Source of the DNA: Chiloscyllium plagiosum
Lineage: Eukaryota
Direction of reading: 5' to 3'
Assembly (NCBI RefSeq): GCF_004010195.1
Contig: NC_057718.1
Span: 53,813,615-53,877,614 of the forward strand
DNA length: 64,000 bases
Below, piece by piece: positions 36,901 through 49,379 of this stretch (the first letter of the stretch is position 1; each line of letters opens with the position of its first letter). The notes below the pieces were generated by a model. The model made no database searches, was not told the origin of the DNA, and was given only the letters and a program-made list of their open reading frames with translations. The position numbers were made by a program, and so were the translations under genes.

Positions 36901-37197
36901 GCAGACTTTAAAAAGATATCCTGTCTCAGACATTTTTAATAAAAGTTTTATTTGGTGCCAACCTCTCAGAAACAATACAATATATTTTTTTCAGTTTGAA
37001 AAAAAATGTCTGTTGACCCATATTCTCTCTTTCTATTCCTAGGTAATTTTGTAGCCCACTGCTGTCAGCGTGAGAAATAAAAGTTCCTTTACAGCCCCAG
37101 AACAACTCCGGTGTTGATTGAGAGAAGGAGATTTTCATTGGACTTGTGTTTAAGAGTTGACTTCTTCATAACAAGAAGTTGCAAGATCCTGGTTAAC

Positions 37198-37275
37198 ATG
37201 AGAGTGAAATGGCAGAAGAAACGTGTGCACAGGCTGAAGTATAAAAGATGAAAGATGAGACAGACTTCCAGATGA
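37198..37275 (+). pseudogene. RPL41: Processed pseudogene of 60S ribosomal protein L41 (eL41)
   Basis: Translates MRVKWQKKRVHRLKYKR*KMRQTSR-stop versus eL41 [25 protein letters not shown]: 17/25 identical, same length and stop position, no intron, premature TGA at codon 18. Confidence 0.93.
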
Positions 37276-37435
37276 ACAATTGCTGAAGGGGCAGTATTGC
37301 ACAGGTTGCTTTGAATCTTATTTGGTAAATGGACTCTGATGCTTCACTTGCACACTTTTTATGAAGACCAACTATTTGGAGGCTCCTCAGGTGGTCATCA
37401 GAAGATGTTGTACCTTGATGTGTTGTACTATGTCT

Positions 37436-37765
37436 TTTTTTTATTCATTCATGGAATGGAGGCATCACTGGCTGGGCCAGCATTTACTGCCCATCCCTAA
37501 TTGCCCAGAGGGCAGTTAAGAGTCAACCGCATTGCTGTGGGTCAGGAGTCCAGACCAGGTGAGGAGGGAAGTTTGCTTCCCAAAAGGATGTTAATGAACC
37601 AGACAATCAACAATGGATTCATGGTCATCATTAGACTCTTAATTTTAGATTTGTTTCATTGAATTCAAATTCCATCATCTGTCATGGCAGGATTCAAACC
37701 CGGGTCCCCAGAACTGGTCTCTAGATTAACAATCCAGTGAAAATACCACTAGGCCATTGCCTCTG
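37436..37765 (-). mobile_element. tRNA-headed SINE sharing its head with the LINE at 2560-3980
   Basis: Minus strand: ggcctagtggt head, gggtttgaatcc B box, body actcc...cccacagcaat.cggttgactcttaactgccctct, tail gggcaattagggatgggcagtaaatgctgg...tgaatgaataaa. Confidence 0.85.
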
Positions 37766-38493
37766 CTGTTGCCTTTGTGTATAATAGTTGTGGAACAAAA
37801 TATGAAAACTCAAACACAAAAAAGCTGGGTTCTTAACTTGCCTGGTGGTCAAGTGATGCAATGTTCGCCTGAGATCCTTCCTTCTCAATTGAGGATATAT
37901 TTGTTGAGAGTTATGAAATATCTCCTTAAATATCTATTAATGATTTGCCATCATCTTACCTTTTAACCTACTTTGCCAGTCCACTGTAGTCAACTCTGTC
38001 CCTATATCTTTGCAATTGCCTTTATTTAAACATGAGACATTAATTTAAAATCCTGATTTCCCACCTTCGAAGTGAATGTGAAATTCTATCAAGCCATGAT
38101 CATTTTTGCCTAGAGCACCATTTACTACAGCACTGTTAATTTATCCTCCTTCATGACCAAGTCTAAATATCTTGTCCTGTGAATGGTTTCAGAATGTACT
38201 GTTCTAAGAAACTGTTCTGAGTGCAGTCTATGAACTCATCTTCTGTCAAAATTGTTTCTCTAATTCATGGGGAAATATATACACCCATGATAACTGCAGG
38301 ACCTTCCTCACAATAATTTTGTGATTCATACTTTGTTTTACAGAATAACTGCTGTTAGCTTATAAATTAAAGATTGCACCCTCTCACTGATTCTTATTTC
38401 CACCCAAATTGTTTCCTGATCTTGATAATCTAAATCAAGATAATTTCTGACCACTCAGCTGATCATCTACTATCAACAGAACTACCTCACCTC

Positions 38494-40400
38494 ATAGGAA
38501 CATAGAAACAGGAATAAGACTTTCAATACATGTAGCTTGCCCCAGTATTTAAAACAATTATGGCTATTGAACATTTCACCTATCTCCATAACCATGTAAT
38601 TAAAAATCTATCAATCTAATTTAAAACACTCTAAGACTGAGCTTCCACAGTCCTCTGAGGTAGACAGTTCTAACGATTCACAACTCACTAAGTAAAATAA
38701 TTTTTCCTCATCTCAGACCAAAGGAATATCTCCCTATTTTTAAATTGTGCCCTTGCTTTTTGACTCTACAAGCAGAAGAAATATCTTTCCTGAATTTGCA
38801 CTGCCTATTCATTGAATATTTGGTAGGTGTCTATGAGATCACCTCTCAGTCTTTGAAACTCTCAAGAATGCAGGCCCAGTTTGTGTCATCTCTCTTCACA
38901 GAACAATCTCATCATTCCAGGAACAATTCTGGTGAACCTTTGTTGCACTCTCAATGACAATAACATCTTTCCTGGGAAAAAGAGACTAAACTGCACACAC
39001 TACTCCAGGCGCAGTTGAGCCACTCTTATATAATTGATGCAAGACTTCATTACTCTCCCATTCACATTCTGTTGCAATAAAGGCTAGCATTCTGTCAGCC
39101 ATCCTAATGGTTTCCTGTACCTGCAGGCTAGTCTTCAATGACTTATTGACTTAGACATCCAGGTACATTTGTATTGACATTTTCCAACCTCTTATGATTT
39201 AAGATATACCATGCATGCCTGTTTCTCTTGTCAAGGTAGATAACATCTAATTTTATCAAATTAAATTTCAGCCACCATATTTATATCTAATCAGTAAAAT
39301 TATGCAAATCCTCCTGAAGCTACTTTGTGTCTTCCTTACAACACATTCCCACCTGACTTTGTCTCATCCACAAATTTGGAATTTTTACATTTAGTTCCCA
39401 CCCCTAAGTCACTGACATAGATTATGAACTGCTGGAGCTCAAGTACTGATTGTAATGGTACCCCACTAGGTACATTTCTCTGTTTCTCTCATTTAACCAA
39501 TTATTAATGCATACATTACTATCAATCCCATGTTTTAATCTTTCAAACCTGTGAGGGAATTCCTGTGAGGGAATTTATCAAAAGACTTCTGAAAATTTAA
39601 GTATGTTATGGCTATTCTTTATCAATTTTGTGTGTTGCATCTTTATAAAACTCTGAAAAGATCATCAAACACAATTTCCCATTCACAAATCCATGGTGAC
39701 TATGCCTGACCAAATCATTATCAATCAGATGTCCACTTATCCCATCCTTTATAATAGATTGCAGCATTTCCCCACTGCTGCTTATGGCTAACAGATCTTT
39801 AGTGGTTTCATGGAATCATAGAATCCCTTCAGTGCAGAAGCAGGCCATTCAGTCCATCAAATCCATATTGACTTTCCAAAGACCAATGCACCTCGACCAA
39901 ACCCCCCTACCATGCCCTTATAACCTCGCATTTCCTATGGCTAACATACCTAGCCTGCACATCCCAGGACACCATGAGCAATTACAATGGCCAATTCATC
40001 TAACCTGCACATCTTTGGACTGTGAGAGGAAACTACAGGAAACCAACACAGGCACAGGGAGAAGATGCAAACTCCATGCAGTAACCCGAGGTAAGAATCA
40101 AACCCAGGTCCCTGGTGCTGTAAGGCAGCAATGCTAACCACTGAGCCACCACACCATCCTGTCTTACTTGTTTTCTCGTTAGCATTTTTCTTATATAACG
40201 AGCTGATATTTGATCCCTCCCAATCCACAGGCACTATTCCAGATCTATAGAATTTTGAAACATAATTAATAATGCATTAACTATGTCTATAGCCACCTAC
40301 ACCCACATTCTAGGATGAAGAACATCATGTCCTGGGGTATATCAACATTCAGCATCATTAATTTCTTCTGTACAATCTCCTCATTGATTCTAATTTCTTT
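38494..40400 (-). mobile_element. Decayed CR1 LINE, interrupted by an HE1 SINE
   Basis: Tail cataggaacatagaaacagg at 38493; reverse-complement remnants of KF.D.TK, GVP.Q.VL and HGFVNG motifs. Confidence 0.7.
39813..40156 (-). mobile_element. HE1-type SINE
   Basis: taacctgcacatctttggactgtg...ggcagcaatgctaaccactgagccacc. Confidence 0.9.
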
Positions 40401-41010
40401 CAAATCTTCATTTTTCCTTACCATTTGGATTAATACTTCTTGGAGATATTTCTTCCTGAAATATTGAATACTCTTGAATATTTCATTCCCAGTTTTGGAC
40501 ATCTTACAATCGTATTTCTGCATTGGCTAGCATTCCCATTCATTTTAATAGTGCCATTGATTCATTTATATTGCTATGAATGTTGCATGAATTCAGATAA
40601 AGAGCCTTGAATCTTTCTCTTTTCCAAATTTCCCCCATTGGACCCTATTTGCAGATTCACTCTGTCTCTTCCTGTCAAGTTCTGGCTCTCTTTCCCCAGA
40701 ACACCTTGTCCTTTCTCATTAACTTCAAAACTCTCCTTATGTAAGCTGTCCTCCTGGCTTTACTATTTAGTTTAAAGCTCCCATCTATGATGACTCTATA
40801 ACTTTACTCCAAATTATATAATTTGCGAGGCCATTGGTCCCAGAGCAGTTCAAGTGAAGGCTTAACTTCAAATTGCAGCCTCAAGAATCACAGGATCTAT
40901 GTTCCTGAAACTGAGAAATGTCTAGATCAGTTAATGATTCCAATGTGGAAGCATTGACTTCTGACCTCAGGGCATTTAAGAATCATGGAAGGCTCAGGGC
41001 ATTTAAGAAT

Positions 41011-41309
41011 TATAGAATCTTACAGTGTGAAAGCAGGCCAATCAGCTCATCAAATCCACACCAACCCTCCGAATAGCATCCCATCCATTATCCTATTCCT
41101 ATAACCCTGCATTGCACAGGTTAATCCAACTAGCCAGCACATCACTGGACACCATAGACAGTTAAACCTGCACATCTTTGGACTGTGGGAGGAAACTGGA
41201 GCACCCAGAGGAAACCCATGCAGACACAGGAAGAATGTGCAAAGTCCACACAGCCAGTTACCTGAGGGTGGAATTGAACACAAGCTCCCTGGAGCTGTGA
41301 GCCACTGTC
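41011..41309 (-). mobile_element. HE1-type SINE
   Basis: acctgcacatctttggactgtgggaggaaactggagcaccc...cctgagggtggaattgaac. Confidence 0.88.
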
Positions 41310-42300
41310 ACCTTGTCCAAACAGTAATAGGATCTGTCTTCTGTATGTTTTGGTGCTGCTACATTTGAGAGTAAGTACAATCTGCTGTCTGTTATCATGT
41401 GGTTATCACCAGGAGCCAACACAGATAGTGTGGCAAAAAATTCTGTCCTCATCATCCTGCTTTAATTGCTGAACACAACTTAGGTGAACATTCGAGTTGG
41501 CCTCCTCAGATGCTTGTTCACATAAGTGGAAAGAGAGATGGCCTGTCTGTTGGTACTTTAGCAGTGGTAATGCAACTTGTGAAAATGTCCTTCTCTGATT
41601 GAGAGCACCAAGAAACAGATCACTTCAGTCCTTAGGGGATCATGATATTGTAGTGCAGCCAAATACCACAGATAACCCTGGCCCTCAACGTAGCAACTAA
41701 CTGGAGTATCTGAATCAGTTTAATAACAATGCTAAATGGCAATGCAAGAATGCTACAATGAATAAATATTAATGTGTCCAAAGTACAATGAAACATGCAT
41801 TGTAAATATTAATGTGGACAGTAAAACCACTGTGATATTAGGTCCAGTTTTCAGAAGTATGTCAGCTCTTTGATTGGATTCTTTGCTTCTGTGTTCTTGG
41901 AAGATTTCATTTCAAGATGAATTTCAATGAGAATGATAGCTGTTTGCATAGAAAGGAAATAAAGTGCTGAGACAGTGCAAGGCATTTCATCAGTAAAAGC
42001 AAGATGAGTGTGCAATGGCAAATTTAGGGATTGAGGCATCCCCAGTGAAAGATGATAATAAATCTTGCACAAGGTGGAACAGGAGTGGTAGACTGGCATG
42101 TGGGATGCTGAGGGACTTATTGCCCAGAAGCTGCAACAGTGGAGTGATCATGCGACTTTCTCCATTGACAGTTTCTTCACTGCCATGGAGATACTGGCTA
42201 AGCAGTCTCAGAGTCTGCAAACACCCATACTCTATCAGCCCAGCATGGGTCCTCAGGACTGAAGACATGAAGAAAGGGGGTCAGGGTATCTGGTAAGCAC

Positions 42301-43858
42301 TCATAGAGTCATAGAGTCATATACAGCATGGAAACAGACCCTTCGGTCCAACCTGTCCATGCCGAGCAGATATCTAACCTAATATTGTTCCACATTCCAG
42401 CACCTGGTCCATATCCCTCCAAACCCTTCCTATTTGTATACCCATCCAAATGCCACTTATCAGCCTCCACCACTTCCTCTGGCAGTTCATTCCACACACG
42501 TACTACCCTCTGTGTGAAAAAGTTGCCCCTTAGGTTTCTTTTATATCTTTCCCCTCTCACCCTAAACCTATACCCTCTAGTTCTGGACTCCCCAACCCCA
42601 GGGAAAAGACTTTGTCTATTTACCCTGTCGATGCCTCTCATAATTTTGTAAACCTCTATAAGGTCACCCCTCAACCTCCGACGCTCCAGGAAAAACATCC
42701 CCAGCCTGTTCAGTCTCTCCCTGTAGCTCAAATCCTCCAACCCTGACAACATCCTTGTAAATCTTTTCAAGTTTCACAACATCTTTCCAATAAGAAGGAG
42801 ATCAGAATTGCATGCAATATTCCAACAGTGGCCTAACCAATGTCCTGTACAGCAGCAACATGACTTCCCAACTCCTGTACTCAATACTCTGACCAATAAA
42901 GGAAAGCATACCAAACACCTTCTTCACTATCCTATCTACCTACTTTCAAGGAGCTATGAACCTGCACGCCAAGATTTCTTTGTTCAGCAACAATCCCTAG
43001 GACCTTACCATTAAGTGTATAAGTCCTGCTAAGATTTGCTTTCCCAAAATGCAGCACCTCGCAGTTATCTGAATTAAACTTCATCTCCCCCTTCTTGGCC
43101 CATTGACCCATCTGGTCCAGATCCTGTTGTAATCTGAGGTAACCATCTTCACTGTCCACTACACCTCCTATTTTGGTGTCATCTGCAAACTTGCTAACTG
43201 TACCTCTTACGCTTGCATCCAAATCATTTATGTAAATGACAAAAAGTAGAGGGCCCAGCACCGATCCTTGTGGCACTCCACTGATCACAGGCCTCCATGC
43301 TGAAAAACAACCCTCCACCACCACCCTCTGTCTTCTACCTTTGAGCCAGTTCTGTATCCAAATGGCTAGTTCTCCCTGTATTCCGTCAGATCTAACCTTG
43401 CTAATCAGTCTCCCATGGGGAACTTTGTCGAATGTCGTACTGAAGTCCACATAGATCATATCCACCGTTCTGCCCTCATCAATCCTCTTTATTACTTATA
43501 GAGTCATAGAGATGTACAGCATGAAAACAGACCCTTCGGTTCAACCCATCCATGCCGACCAGATTTCCCAACCCAATCGTGTCCCACCCTCCAACACCCG
43601 GCCCATATCCCTCCAAATCCTTCCTATTCATATACCTATCCAAATGTCTCTTAAATGTTGCAATTGTACCAGCCGCCACCACATCCTCTGGCAGCTCATT
43701 CCATACACGTATCACCCTCTGCCCAACCCTGGCAACATCCTTGTAAATCTTTTCTGAACCCTTTCAAGTTTCACAACATCTTGAGACATGATTTCCCACA
43801 CACAAAGCCATGTTGACTATCCCTAATCAGTTCTTGCCTTTCCAAATACATGTACATC
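42301..43858 (-). mobile_element. CR1 (HER1-like) LINE 3' portion with a second 3' end embedded
   Basis: ORFs 42932-43465 (GVPQGSVLGPLLFVIYINDLD...KFADDTK) and 42309-42770 (ERRRLRGDLIEVYKIM...FFTQRVV.VWN.LP); second tail unit at 43498-43780. Confidence 0.95.
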
Positions 43859-43929
43859 ATAAAAATCTTTTTTGTCTCAATCAGATCCCCTCTCAGTCTT
43901 CTAAACTCAAGGGTATACAAGCCCATGCC

Positions 43930-44950
43930 AAACTCAAGGCCATGCCAAATGCTCCTCGCCTTTAAGGCCAAGCTGCTCCTGATTGTAAATGAGCACTGCC
44001 CTCCTTCTGAATGAAGCCCTTCCCATCCATACCTTACCATATCCCCTCTCTCCTTGTAGATACTGTTGCCCTCTTCAGAGATGTCATCCCACTGTCCCTC
44101 AGTGTATAGCACCCAGTCCTAAAGAGTAACTTGTCAAATTTCCTTTTTGTGTTGGAGGCTCCTCTTGTCTGCCTCTTTTTCCCCATTGTTTCTGCAGATG
44201 CATGCTATCGCCTGATCATATCTTAACCCTTTTAGTGATCTAACTGGACAGCCTGGTCCAGACATATCCAGACCCTTGAATGTTGTCTATACATTATCAT
44301 GACCACATTTGCTGTAACCTCCAGATTGCCCATGGCCCACTCCCCTGACTGCAGAGGCAGGAATCCCATGATGAAGACCACCCCGAGTAGATGTCTGACC
44401 AAGGACAATCCCATGGACTGGTATCGAAAATTGCCTTTCACTAACTATGCCGAGACCCCTGACTGATGGGTGCCTCCATGGGTTAGTGGTGTGATGGGCT
44501 GGGGAGTGATGAACGAGACAAATTGAAGGAAGATGCTGCAAGCAATAGTGAGAGTGGCAGAGAACAAATCTTTATGGGAGGTGGGTGAAATAGCAGAGAT
44601 GGAGTGAGTGTGCAGTATCAGAGTGTGGCACTTACCTTCATAGTGCAGAGAAGGTCATTGATCTTCTTGAGGCACTGTTGGCTGCATCACCAGATGGCAT
44701 AGTGACGTTTTAAATATGGGGCTAGCACCATGTTGGCTTTTCAAGCAGATATCCAGTGAGTGGTGAGTTCTTCTGGGATCGATGCACAGCAAGATAGGGC
44801 TAGAATCAGATGGGAGGGGTGCCAAAGGGGAGGGCTAGGTAGTCAATGAGCTGTCTTTGGTAGGATATAGTGAGAGATCTTACTAGGTCTTGCAGTGCGA
44901 AATCCTTCAAGAAAGTGTCGGTCAATAAAACGCAAAATTCAACCCATTGT
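43930..44950. mobile_element. PIF/Harbinger-like remnant
   Basis: Minus strand ~44636-44680 reads QQCLKKINDLLCTMK followed by the donor gtaag (Myb/SANT exon end). Confidence 0.5.
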
Positions 44951-45639
44951 AATACAGTGGTATATATTTTTATGATGAGGTAATTTGCAAATACAACTTT
45001 GTTAATTGTTGCAAGGTGCTTTATATTTTATTTAGAAACAAGGAGAGCTGCATGTCTTTTATAGTCGAGGATATATTTTGTAAGCCTTTCCAACTCGGAG
45101 CCTTGTTTGGTGGACACACACAGGTCAGCACATTCAAAATGCTGCTCTTGATTTTACAGTCATTAATTACAACTGAATAAATTTTAATCATTGGAAACTC
45201 CGTTGCACACAACAGCTCACAGATGAGCAGTCAATTGGTAAAATGTACTGAAGAACCGTTCAGCTGTGTGCTTTAGTCTCCCTCATGGGAAATTCAAAAA
45301 ATGCAAGAATTAGAGAGGGGCAAAATGAGCATTGGAGCAGATAAGCGCTAACTGGCCAAGAATTTTTCATGGAAGCTGAATTAGACCATACATTCAAGCA
45401 TACTGAAAACCTGAAGTAATTAGAATCCATTTTTACTTCTATTAAAATAAACAGCAAAGTATTTTTGATATTCACTCATGGGCTGTGAATGTCTTTGAGA
45501 AGTTGGGCAGTTGTGTCTCTTATTAATTGCCCTTGTGAGGCTGGTGGTGAGTTGCTGCATCCTGTGTGGAATAGATACAATCACAATGCTTTTAGAAAGG
45601 GAGGTATGGAGGGACTCGACCCAGTGACAGTGAAGGGAC

Positions 45640-46430
45640 AGGGAAATGGTAATGTTGTGGTCATGATACAGAACTCATGAACTGGAAGGCTCGAGCTATG
45701 GTTTGTTCAGAGGAGCATGAAATCCATGGAAATTTCAATGTATTTAAAATCATGAAACATCTGGAATAGAAAGTTCACTTCAATTATAATGATTATAAAA
45801 TGATTGGTTTGTTGTAAAACCCATCTGGTTCTTTAATGGCCTGAAGGAAAGGAAATCTCCCGTCCTGGCCTGATCTGGCCTAGGTGTGACTCCAGAGTTT
45901 CAATAATGTTTGAGTTTTAACTGCCTTCTGAAAAAAACCCGAGTAACCCATTCTGCCATATCAAACTGCTGCAGACATTTAAAATAGAATAAAACCAGAT
46001 ATAAATGATCTAGGCACTTCAAACTAAACCCTGCCCTGTCAATCCTGCAAAGCTTTTCTCATTAATATGTGGTCACTTGTGGCAAAAGTATTAGAGTTTC
46101 CCCATAGTCCAAGGGCATTGTCATATTCATCAAAACATAATTTACAGTCAAGGTCCAAATTCCCTTCAACACAATCCCTGACAGGACAGATCAAAGCACT
46201 GTTGGTGCAGTTAACAATGCTGTTGGACCCTGTTAAGTCTCCTGGTATTGCATCACCTTTGAGCAAGGGAACATCCTGCTGATAAGCACAAACCGCATCC
46301 CCTCCACCACCTCAGCTGATGAATCAATGCTCCTGCATGTTGAAAGAAGCAATTACAGTGGCAAAGATATAGAATATACTTCAGATGGAGCTTCACTGTC
46401 CATCATGAGGAGTTACTCAGAATGACAGCA
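45640..46430 (+). mobile_element. Decayed 5' part of the tRNA-headed LINE (head, SINE-like body, APE start)
   Basis: aaacccatctggttc...ggaaatct.ccgtcct...tctggccta.gtgtgactccaga, then ccctgtcaatcctgcaaag and cctcagctgatgaatca (P.SADES); homologous to the reverse complement of 2560-3980. Confidence 0.7.
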
Positions 46431-46967
46431 CTCATTGCTTGTTAAAGGTATAGTTAACAGCCCAATGCACCTCATCAATATTCCATATTCCACCTCATCA
46501 AATTCACCAAACAGCCTCAATGCCAGGAGGGCTTGACATGGAAACTAAAGCATGCCCGTGACAGATTCAACTTACTGTTTGCTCTAAACAAGCTCTAGTT
46601 TGGAAAATGGCATCAAAGCTTCAGGGTTACTCCTTGGAAATCAGCCACATGCATCCACCCAGATCCATAGGCATAGTGCAGACTCTAAGAACCCTCATGT
46701 CTCATTTCCAATCCACTTTCTGTACTTCAATGCTGCACGTCAGGCTGCACAGACAACTATCATTATAGTAATGTTGTTGCAAGGTCGCTGTGATCTCAGG
46801 GACATACACACCAACGCATGGACTGGACCAGGCTGTACCTCTGCCTCTTACTCACTGACAGTGCATACTGTATCTGCTAATCCCTCAACCAAATATATCA
46901 GGCTCATATTGCCACTCTCTTTCCTTACTGTTTACTGCAGGTACAATGCCAAGGAATTTGTCATAGT

Positions 46968-47594
46968 TGTGATGAAGCTGCTTCTTTAACAAGGTTATGC
47001 TGCCCTTGCCTTTTTTTCAGAGAGGTATAAATAACACAGACTCTGAGAAATCTGGGGTGGAAGGGGTTTTGGGCCAAGTTGATCATAGCTAGAGATACTG
47101 TCTCAGGCAGAAGGCTTTCAAGTTTAAAAAAAAACATTTGTACAATGAAAGGGAAATGGCCAGTTCTCCCAGCTCAGCTTTTCGCTGGCTCGGTTTGGTA
47201 TTTAGCAGGATTGTGGAAAAGCTGCTGGACTCAAAGAAGCAGGTCCAGGCTGGTACTCTCTCTCTCTAACTTCCATCCTGTAAGAATCTGTGTTTGATTT
47301 TACCTTTTATGCCAAGGGATGTTTATGGGAATTGTTGCAAGTATTTGGAACAGCATCATTAAGTTGGGATGATCTCTTGGGTTATCACAGAGGTTAAGTT
47401 ATTCGGTATTCTGATTTCTATTGTTTGTGCTTTATTCAGTAACCTTGTAAATAAATTCTGTTTTGTTCAAAATTAAGGCAAGTGGCATCTCTCCTGGAAT
47501 ATCCCACTTTACATCTGCTTATAACAACTAGCAAAGTTAGGGTCCGGGCTACCTTGTTGAAATGTTTTGAGGAGGTCTGGCCTACTCCATAACA
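46968..47594 (+). mobile_element. Solo LTR (different family)
   Basis: Termini tgtgatg...cataaca; aataaa at ~47450; 4-bp TSD TAGT at 46964-46967 and 47595-47598. Confidence 0.75.
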
Positions 47595-48059
47595 TAGTCA
47601 TCAGTCACCTCCAGTCAATTCAAGTAGCTTGGGCCTTGCCCAATGGATCCCAGCAGAGTAAGTCCAGGGCAGCATCTGGTACTACTACAAGTTCTGCTTG
47701 GTGTGGTCAGAATCGGGATTTTCTCCTCATAAAGGGTGAGAAGTTGAAGGAAGGGCTGCACATCACCCACCTTAACCCTTTCTGCCCTATCATGGACAGT
47801 TTTCCTTGGAGAGTGAGAGAGACAGACAGTTATTCAATGAGAAAGTGGATGGCACAGCTGTTACTGTTGGTGCAGGTGGGTAGGTGTCCCAAATGAAAGT
47901 GTACGCACTGCAGAGGCAATGCAGGGTTAGTGATGTTGGGAGTTTGAGTGGTGAGGATGTTTCAGGCAACAGTGAGAGTGGTGGGGGATGGATCTTGGTA
48001 GGCGGTGGGTACAATAGCTGAGAAAGAGTGAGTATGAGGTATCAGAGAATAAATGGTGG

Positions 48060-48290
48060 CTCGTAGATAGAGTGGACAAAGACATTGATCTTCTTCCTAC
48101 AGTGCTGGGCATTCGTCCGGGTGGCTGAGAGTGCTTAGGGAGCAACCTTGGAGATGGCTGGCATGGTTTGATGAGTGACCTCCTCTGCTGGTCCTGGGAG
48201 TGGAGGAAATCCCACGTCAGCATCATCCCATTCAGCAGGACCTCTAGGTCCCTGCCCACAAAGCAGGGCAGAAATTCCCTGCTTGCCATT
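48060..48290 (-). mobile_element. Harbinger Myb/SANT-like DNA-binding ORF remnant (frameshifted)
   Basis: LPCFVGRDLEVLLNG...DFL.SQDQQRR / ...SKVA...ATRTNAQHCRKKINV resembles the Myb/SANT-like domain of PIF/Harbinger partner proteins. Confidence 0.65.
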
Positions 48291-49379
48291 TCCAGAGCAA
48301 ATATCTGTAACCACAGACTGACTGTTGGACAGGGAGCTCATCGCACTTTTGAAGATGGCAGGAGTACAAGAGTTTCTGGTATATCTACTGAGTACCAAGT
48401 TGTTGCGGAGGGCCTATGTAGTTTGATAGGGCAGATTTTGGTTATGAGAAATGCCATTGTGACAATAGTAGTTATAAATCAGGTCAATTTGGTTAGAAAG
48501 GGAGGAAGAACTTATTAATCTTCGTGGGAACAAATCCTCCACTTAACTCAACACAACCAGGACTTTGCCAAAAAGAAGGGTCAGCTCGATGTTGTATAAT
48601 TGCTCTTATAGTAGCAATCCTAATAACCAAATAATTGACAGTAATATTACTTTGTATTCAACCATTTAGACCATTGTAACTTGATCAGTTCCTCATTTCA
48701 ATTAAGAGCTGAATTTTGTCAGAGACTATTACTCTTCATTGATCTAACCACACTATACCATAAGATGGTTTTCATAGAGTTGTATGTAAATAGCTAACTC
48801 AGCAGAAGACAGAGATGAATTGATTATGTGACACATCAGGATCAATTGAGGCCAAACAACCTACACAATAGTAGTTAATTAATCTATATGGATCCAAAAA
48901 CCAAAAGAAAGCATATGGATCATGCCTTAGAAGCTGACAATTAAAAACATTTCAAGACTATATATCAAAGCTTCATAGAATCAAAAAAAAAGGAGGCCTT
49001 TAAAATCAATGCTGCTGTATAAGATCTTTGTAAGACATTTCACCTGTTTAATTGACTATATTTTTATTTTTCAAGAACATTTTCAATTTCTTTGTGCAAG
49101 TTAATATTAAATTTGCTTCCATCACCCATTCAGGTAGTGAATTCCAGATCATTACAACTTGCAAAATTAAAAATATTCTCTTAATTTCCCTTCTGGACTT
49201 TTGCACATTATCTTAAATTTGTCACCTCTACTTACTGTCCTTCCTACAGTGGGAACACATCAGTGTAAATGGAAAGTAGAAAACCTCGACATTCGTGATT
49301 TTGCTTTTCGTTTTGAAAATGAAGTGCAAGGAAGCCATCTAAAGGTTATATCATTTAAAATCTTCAAAAGCTATCAGCA

